The notes beneath the pieces were generated by a model. It saw only the letters and a list, made by a program, of their open reading frames with translations. It did no database searches and was not told the origin of the DNA. Shown piece after piece: positions 55,120 through 64,000 of a stretch of DNA of 64,000 nt (positions are counted from its first letter, which is position 1; each line of letters opens with the position of its first letter). A program made the position numbers and the translations under genes. The stretch is from Eledone cirrhosa (lineage: Eukaryota): positions 44,082,001 through 44,146,000 of the forward strand of contig OZ024751.1 of the NCBI GenBank assembly GCA_964016885.1. The letters run 5' to 3'.

Positions 55120-55890
55120 GTATATATATACACATATATACACACACACACACACATATATCTATATATGTGAGTATATTTGTGTGTGTGTATATATAAT
55201 GGCCACTCCACTTCGCAGGGCTTGCACTCGCGGGTAACCAACTCCGCTCCGATTACAGTGATTAGGGATATGATCTGAGAGGCCAAGAACGCTGGAAGTC
55301 TCCACTGGTGCCAGAGTCTCGACCACAAAGCTATCAGAGAGCGGACGATATTCAGTTTGGTCTCACCGACCCGGGGAGCAGCAGAGCCCGGACTGGGCAA
55401 CAAAAGCACCAGGTTGCCCCTGGAGGTGTGTCATCTCTTAAATTTCACTGCACCTTCTTTTGTTTAAAATAAAAAAGGGAAGTACTCGTATACGATAATT
55501 TAGTCCTAGATCCACACCACAAAAGAAGGTGTATGGTCATAGCTGGACTGTCTTTCTCTACAGGTCTGCTTGATCGGGGCTTAGCTGGCGTTAAACAACA
55601 ACAACCACTTAGCACCTTACAGGACAGGTAACCAATCGTTACACAGCTACTTCATGGAGCAACAATGAGGAAGCTTCTGCCTAGTAGCTCGAACTGCTAG
55701 AAATTGCAGCCAAATTTCCCTCATATCACACAATACCCTCTTTAAATATATTAGACAAATTAGATAGTATAAGCTTTGACACATTATGTCTGTAAATAGC
55801 AATATTAATTATGATGGGGTTGTGCGGTTGTTGCTGAAATGAAATTGATCATAGTCTTGTACTGTTAAGTCTAACCTGGGGCTATATATC

Positions 55891-55926
<36 letters not shown>

Positions 55927-56060
55927 AACAATAATCCACATTTCCTTCTTGTAAAACAAAAAGATTGTATTTTTGTTTTGGATTTGTTGAAATGATAATT
56001 CTTATTGATATTTTCGTACACACACACATATATATACATACATAAATAAATACATATATA

Positions 56061-56313
<253 letters not shown>

Positions 56314-56354
56314 ACATATATATATATATAGATATAGATATATATATATCTATA

Positions 56355-56450
<96 letters not shown>

Positions 56451-56481
56451 ATATATAGATATGTATATATATATATATATG

Positions 56482-56540
<59 letters not shown>

Positions 56541-56613
56541 ACATATATATATATGTATATATGTATATATATATATATGTATACATATATATGTATATAT
56601 ATATATATGTATA

Positions 56614-56746
<133 letters not shown>

Positions 56747-56960
56747 GTGTGCTTGTATGTGTGTGTGTATATATATATGACTTCTACAGGACTACTACTG
56801 TTTCATTTGTTTAAAATCATAGAGAATGTCCTGTATGATTGCTACTAATGTACTGAATAGTTTATTTAATCTGGTTTCTTTCCAATCCCCGAAGGAAACC
56901 ATTCTTACCTATATGTATGTACACACATATATATCTATCTCTCTCTCTCTCTCTCTCTCA

Positions 56961-57039
<79 letters not shown>

Positions 57040-57051
57040 CACACACACATT

Positions 57052-57097
<46 letters not shown>

Positions 57098-57100
57098 TTT

Positions 57101-57131
<31 letters not shown>

Positions 57132-57155
57132 CACCCATATATATATACATATATG

Positions 57156-57254
<99 letters not shown>

Positions 57255-57841
57255 AATTAGACAATTATCAAAGTTCTGTTCAAATCATTTAATAGCTGAC
57301 AATCGTTTCTTCCAAATTTTCGTTTGGGATCATCGGAGCATTATCAATGTTTGTACATATAATTAACCTCCTGTTTAACTGAACAATCATATAGATACAT
57401 ATATATGGATGTTGTGAGCAACAGTTTCGTATTTATAGGGTGTAATGGATGCGACATATATCAAACGAGAATTATACAATAATTCAAATTAAAAGCACAG
57501 AGTGGAATACATGCGACAGATAATACAAGAGAATAGTTTAATAATTAAAGAGGCATTGGGAAAGAAGCATTGAGCGAGGAATAGTAGATTAGCAGTACAT
57601 ATACAAGCGTGTAGAAAGTGCACATGTGTTAGTCATATATATGAGAAGGAAATAAGCAAAGGTATTATGCATATATAGATAAGTAAATACTGTATGGTAA
57701 GCAAATATAATATATTTTCCTGCTCTGTAAAACAACTGATGTTCTTACATTGAGCTATTTCTCTTACTGGTAATAAGGTAGTAGAAATTACTGACCTTTC
57801 CTGTTTATAGTTGTTTATAGTATACACATAACTATAAATAG

Positions 57842-57930
<89 letters not shown>

Positions 57931-58368
57931 GAGGCTTAGCTCTGTTTCTCGACCGTTATATCGCGTGACTATCTCCCCCTCCGCCTTTTGGGATTCTTTC
58001 TCACGTCGTGTAGACGCGTTCTTGAGACTAGTAAAATGAGGTATCCTCTTGATAAGTCGGCAGACCTCGCAAGGACTCTATATCTTCATGATATATTGTT
58101 TTTGTTTATGCCACGAAACTACGTAGTCGAGGAATTTAGGAGCAGTTTAGGTATGATACATTTTATTACTAATTATATCTAAATGTTTCTTCTCTCTTCA
58201 TAATGTATTTTTAACTCTGATACTGGTTCAGTCTAGTTCAACTGAATTGGTCTGTCCCAGTCATTCATTGAGCAACATCGGTGAAGTTGGCACCCTTAAC
58301 TCACAGTTGGGTGCGGATGCATTCATGTATATATGTGTGTGTGTCCGCATGTATCTGTGTGTTTCTAA
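57931..58368 (+). mobile_element. Family C dispersed partial monomer
   Basis: Reverse complement of ~2343-2777, with the same 3' end. Lies in (TA)n. Confidence 0.9.
58044..58133 (+). ncRNA. Type I hammerhead (U3-A8 variant)
   Basis: TCCTC-TTGATAA-GTCGGCA..TGCCAC-GAAAC-TACGTA-GTC^GAGGA. Confidence 0.8.
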
Positions 58369-58372
58369 TTAT

Positions 58373-58441
<69 letters not shown>

Positions 58442-58493
58442 ATGTGTATATATATACATACACACACACGCACACACACATATATATATATAT

Positions 58494-58574
<81 letters not shown>

Positions 58575-58920
58575 GTATATATGTATATATATATATGTAT
58601 ATATGTATATATATATATATGTATATATATGTATGTATATCAACTTATATGGTCAGAGTAATCAAATCTCAGTGTGTTTGTTCCAATTAACAAGAGAATA
58701 TATAGAGGAGGCAAAATCTCTCTAGGTTAAATTCCAATACATTAATTCATACCACATCTACCCCCCCCCCCCCATGTATATATATATATATACAGATATA
58801 TATTTACTATATATACATAGATATGTATGGATGTGTGTATATATATATATATAAATATATATAGGATATACACATATATATATATAATATATACATACAT
58901 ATATAAACAGACACACACAC

Positions 58921-58957
<37 letters not shown>

Positions 58958-59103
58958 TTTTGAGTTTATGTTGGTTGTATACCAACACCTCAGTATGCAG
59001 GCTGGAGCACTCGACGAAGTGCGCAGGTTGGTTTGGTTACTCCAGAGTAGTGTAAAATAAAGTTAAATAAAAGTCAAATGATTAAAATTTAGCTTCGTTT
59101 ATT

Positions 59104-59158
59104 ACTGCTATATATATTTCAGTGACAGCCATCTTTGGCTGTGACCTCTTCAGGCAGT
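59104..59158 (-). ncRNA. Canonical type I hammerhead in element ~58957-59267(-)
   Basis: ACTGC-CTGAAGA-GGT c ACAGCCA aaga TGGCTGT c ACT-GAAA-TATATA-TA^GCAGT, followed by AATAAA. Confidence 0.88.
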
Positions 59159-59669
59159 TTGAATTAGTATGGTATAGACAAGTACATATGTTGTTTAGGT
59201 GTATAATATTGTCAATACTCTGATATGCCCACTTCCTAGTTTGGTTGTTAATTCACTGGGGAACTTGTATATATATATATATATAAAAACATACGTATAT
59301 ATAATATATATATATATTACTACACACACTCATATATACATATATATATATTTTTTATTAATATAGAAATGACTTCTACAGGACTTAGAAGTCATTTCTA
59401 TAATAAAATAAATATGCTTATACTTTTTTGAAGACTAATATCCAAAGAGGGCTTGATAAGGATAAATATATATCAAATATATAAGAACCCTATATACATG
59501 TATATATGTTACAGTAAATTTAATATCGATTCCACTTTTCTGATCATTAATTATAGAGTGAATGTTGGGTGTATATATAATCCATTCAACTATAGGTTGA
59601 AATGTGTGTACAGTATATATTTCCAATTCAATTATTTGACGAAAGGTATAAATAAATATATATATATAA

Positions 59670-59917
59670 AACTGAACCGATAAAGTCTGGTTTCTTGGCT
59701 ATGTCACTATTTATAAAACAAATGTTGTAATTTATCTGATGAGAGCGCACCAAAATGTTGGTACCCTTGAAATATATATAATAAAATAATTATGGTTTTA
59801 TAAATATAGTTTTCATTTATTAATATCATTGATATTATACTCCTGAAAATCTGTAGAGTGCTTCGAATCTGGTATAAATAAATTTGTTGAATAACTAACA
59901 AATTAAATATCCCTTTG

Positions 59918-59920
<3 letters not shown>
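59670..59920 (+). mobile_element. Family D solo long arm with hammerhead at 59731-59785
   Basis: TTTAT-CTGATGA-GAG c GCACCAA..TTGGTAC c CTT-GAAA-TATATA-TA^ATAAA. Confidence 0.8.
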
Positions 59921-59997
<77 letters not shown>

Positions 59998-59999
<2 letters not shown>

Positions 60000-60465
60000 A
60001 ATATACACGGGTGTGTATGATTGTGCATAGAAGATTATATTAATAAAAGGAATTCCAACTTTGTCTGATTTACTCGTTTTATTTACGATACTTTAAAATT
60101 TAATTATGGTATTAGAATAAAATAGTATGGTAGACTATTACATGTTAAGTGTTAATTGAACAAGTACTTACATGCTTTCGCAATCTTCAGGTTCATATTG
60201 TGTGGTGACTGTCAAGTTTGCAATTTTCAACAGTTGAAAATTGCAAACTTGACAGTCACCACACATTATGAACCTGAAGATTGCGAAAGCATGAAAGTAC
60301 TTGTTCAATTAACACTTAGAATTTAATATTTTACAATACTATTTCATTATAATACCATTATAAATTTTAAAGGATTGTAAATAAAACGAGTAAATCAGAC
60401 AAAGTTGGAATTCCTTTTATTAATATAATCTTCTATGCACAATCATACACACCCGTGTATATTTA
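59998..60465. mobile_element. Family E fold-back element, ~233-bp arms, minimal hammerheads
   Basis: Centre at 60232. TGAAC-CTGAAGA-TTGC-GAAA-G..C-TT^GTTCA at 60269-60307(+) and 60157-60195(-). Confidence 0.8.
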
Positions 60466-60761
60466 TATATATATATGGAGGGTGTTTAAATTCTCGGAGA
60501 ATAAAAGCTTCTTACACATATGACCGGTTGATTTGAATTATAGGTTCCGAAATATGCGTAAATATAATTGATTTATACTAGTGTGAAAATATATACATGT
60601 ATATACATACACATATATATATAAAAACTGGCTGAAATGTGTTTAGTGTTTGCAGTAATAAAAATTTTAAAGAATATATAACTTGTCCCACCTCCTGCCA
60701 TTTTACCCTATATATATATATATACACATATATACACACACACATATATATATATATGCCT

Positions 60762-60822
<61 letters not shown>

Positions 60823-61056
60823 TGTAATAAACAACATAAGGCAATTATTCCATTTACCAGTGGTTTCTTAAAAGCAAAACAAAATTGCTTTCAATCCTCA
60901 GAATGAAAAAATCCTGGTCTGTTCATTAAATTTGGATTTTAAAAACAAAAATGCAATCTATATGAAAGTGAGGCTGGAGAAAGAAGAAGGAAAGGAAAAA
61001 TAAAATAAAACCATACATGCAAACACACACACAAACACACACACAAAAGCATACAT

Positions 61057-61115
<59 letters not shown>

Positions 61116-61308
61116 CACTCATACATACACACACACATATATACACATATATGTGTATATAAATACACACATACACATACATATACACATACATACGCAC
61201 ATAAATACCAACACATCCATACATACACATACATATATACAACCACACACACATATATACACACATACATATGTAGAAATAGAAATATACATATATATAT
61301 ATATATAC

Positions 61309-61345
<37 letters not shown>

Positions 61346-61385
61346 GCATACACATACACAAACATAGCCATACACACACACACAC

Positions 61386-61481
<96 letters not shown>

Positions 61482-61699
61482 TGTATATATATATACAGTA
61501 TATATATATACAGTATATATATATATATGGGGTCTGTGTGTGTATTTAATCGATTCCATTAAATGGCTAACATTATTTACTTTATGGGTACTAAGTCTTT
61601 AAACAATTGTACAATTGATCAAAGATTGGGACTGTGAAACTTATGGGACCTTACTGATATTTTAGACCCCAACGACCTGAATCAAAATTTATCATATCA

Positions 61700-62560
61700 C
61701 CCCCGCAAGGATCAAAAGCAAAGTTTAAAGTTTACCTCGGCGAGATTTCAACTCAGAATGTGAAAAGCTAGAACAATTAGCACAATACATTTTGTCAGAC
61801 AATTTACCGATTCTGCTAACATCCCTGCTAATTATATTCAGTAATAAAATAATTGTTTCTACTTTAGGCACAAGGCCATCAATTAAATCAGTGTATTACT
61901 GGTACTTTATTTTATCGACCCCGTAAGGATGAAAGGCAAAGTTAACCTCGGCGATATTTGAACTCATTCAGTAATAAAATAATGATTTTTAGTAATTTGG
62001 CTAGTAATTTGGTGGGGAGGGGAAAGTCAATTAAATCGACCAGTGCGTGACTGGTACTTTATTTTATTGACCCCTTAAGGATGAAAGGCAAAATTAACCT
62101 TGGCTGGATTTGAACTTAGATCATAAAGGGCCGTAACTCTATGCTGAAAAGCATAGCGTCCGACCCTCTAAAATAATTGTTTCTACTTTTGGCACAAGGC
62201 CAGCAATTACACAGTACATTACTGGTACTTTATTTTATCGACCCCATAAGGATGCAAGACAAAGTTAACCTCGACGGGATTTGAACTCAGGCCGTAAACA
62301 GACGTAACTATGCTAGAAAGCATGGCGTCCGACCCTCTACCGATACTGCCAATTCACCGACCCCCTAAAATAATTATTTCTACTTTTGGCACAAGGCCAG
62401 CAATTACCCAGTGTATTAAGGTAATTTATTTTATCGACCCCGTAAGGATGAAAGGCAAAGTTAACCTCGGCGGGATTTGAACTCAGAATGGCAAGGGTCG
62501 TAACTCAATGCGTCAAAGCATGGCGTCCGACTCTCTTCCGATACTGCCAATCCACTAATG
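61700..62560 (-). mobile_element. Cluster of about 5 type 1 SINE copies
   Basis: Repeated gtactttattttatcgacccc.taaggatgaaaggcaaagttaacctcggcgggatttgaactc. Confidence 0.85.
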
Positions 62561-63179
62561 TCTTGTGATATTTGTTCTGGTTTTCTGTATTTTGAGTTTA
62601 AATGCAATAAATTAAAGTGTCTGTCGGCAAATTAAAGCGGACGAACTGGCAGAGTCGGCAGAGCGACGGATAAAATGCTTTGCGTTATTTGTTCCGCTTC
62701 TCTGCTCTCAGACTTCAAAACCTAACTTGGTCAATTTTGCTTCCATCTTTTCAAGGTCGATAAAAAAGTACCAGTTCAGTACTTCTGATCGTTCTTCCCC
62801 AATATCTATAATTTCCTCGCCTCCACTTCATAGCTCTCCTTCTCTGGAAGAAATATGCTGTGTTCAAACCTGGAGAGGATGAACTTCAGTCACTACGGTG
62901 CCCTGACGACTTGATCAGGCGTAACTAGTTCATACCTACATACAAGGACGGTGGAATAATGAAATTCTCACAGCATCTGGCGTGATTACTCGAGGTATTT
63001 GTTACAGTATTTTGAGTTCTGAAGTTCAAATCCGCCGGTAGTTTTCTAGTGTGGTAGACATAAGCCGTTGTCCACTTAAATAACTTCATCTGACATTTGA
63101 GTACCTTTAACAGTGTCCACTTTGCTGCAAGTATATTCATCTGGACTCTAGTTTTTAGGACAAACCTCCTTCTTCCTGT

Positions 63180-63460
63180 CACCATATTCGAATGCCCCGA
63201 AACATGTCATGAGCACGCCTCATCCTTTCCCTTCCGGACTAAACAGTACAGAAAAGATGAAATAAGAAACACCATTAAACACCATTATCTAAAGGATAAA
63301 ATATCGTATTAAACGAATCTGCACTAATGGGAGCCCAGTAATGTGAAACGCAAACGCGGAAGACTTCTCAAGACATTAAAGAAGGTTATTAAGGAAGATA
63401 CAGAACTGTCCGCTAAAGAACCGAGGCAGTTAATGTTGAATCAGTCCTTCTACACAGGTG
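63180..63460 (+). pseudogene. Possible degenerate RTE-like LINE C-terminal remnant
   Basis: KRKRGR..IKEDT.L resembles RTE C-termini; weak evidence. Confidence 0.35.
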
Positions 63461-63746
63461 AAAGAATAATATATTTTCGCCTATTTCAAGTTCCAACAGA
63501 GAGCAGAGAGAGCACTGTCCAGATGATAGCTAGAGCTTGAAATGCTCATACACAGTTGTCCCCCGCTGCTTCTGCTAGAACACGCTAGACGGCGCTAGCC
63601 GCCAGCCTTTCGATATTCTTAGCTAGGCTTTCAAAATGTTTATTTATTAAACATACTGTATATCTTTAGATATACGAAATTTACCTACTCCCATGTATAC
63701 AGCTATGTCGGAACAACATTTTAATTCTACACACACACACACAAAC

Positions 63747-63844
<98 letters not shown>

Positions 63845-64000
63845 GCATGAATACATACGTACCATCTTTCATGCATACATATATACATTCATACATTCAA
63901 ATGTTCAGGCATACATTATGTACATACATACATACATACTTACATACTTACATATATACACACCTACATTTATTTATACAGACATTAATATATGCTTGCA

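Noticed and set aside
61700-62560. Repeat-spacer appearance resembling a CRISPR array
   Set aside because: These are clustered SINEs of irregular length in eukaryotic DNA, with no cas genes.

Overview
Eukaryotic, extremely microsatellite-rich genomic DNA. It is probably a cephalopod/octopus-type genome; this is an inference from repeat content only. Protein-coding content: (i) two full-length, ORF-intact Tx1-type (L1-group) non-LTR retrotransposons head-to-tail in a (TCTA)n tract, plus two 5'-truncated copies; (ii) two coding exons of a paired-class homeobox gene, most likely homeobrain, on the minus strand; (iii) RTE-like LINE 3' fragments. Nearly all other listed ORFs are microsatellite or antisense artefacts. 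The most striking signal is non-coding. Eight or more families of short elements (A-H, my labels, plus singletons) sit in (TA)n tracts, many as head-to-head fold-back pairs, and most carry type I hammerhead ribozyme motifs, some with visible covariation. They include a 591-bp tandem retrozyme-like unit with a U3-A8 compensated core. This looks like a Penelope-like-element (pLTR)/retrozyme mobilisation system that targets (TA)n and uses two priming sites and sometimes apparently two different templates. All structures were read by eye, and coordinates of repeat edges are approximate.
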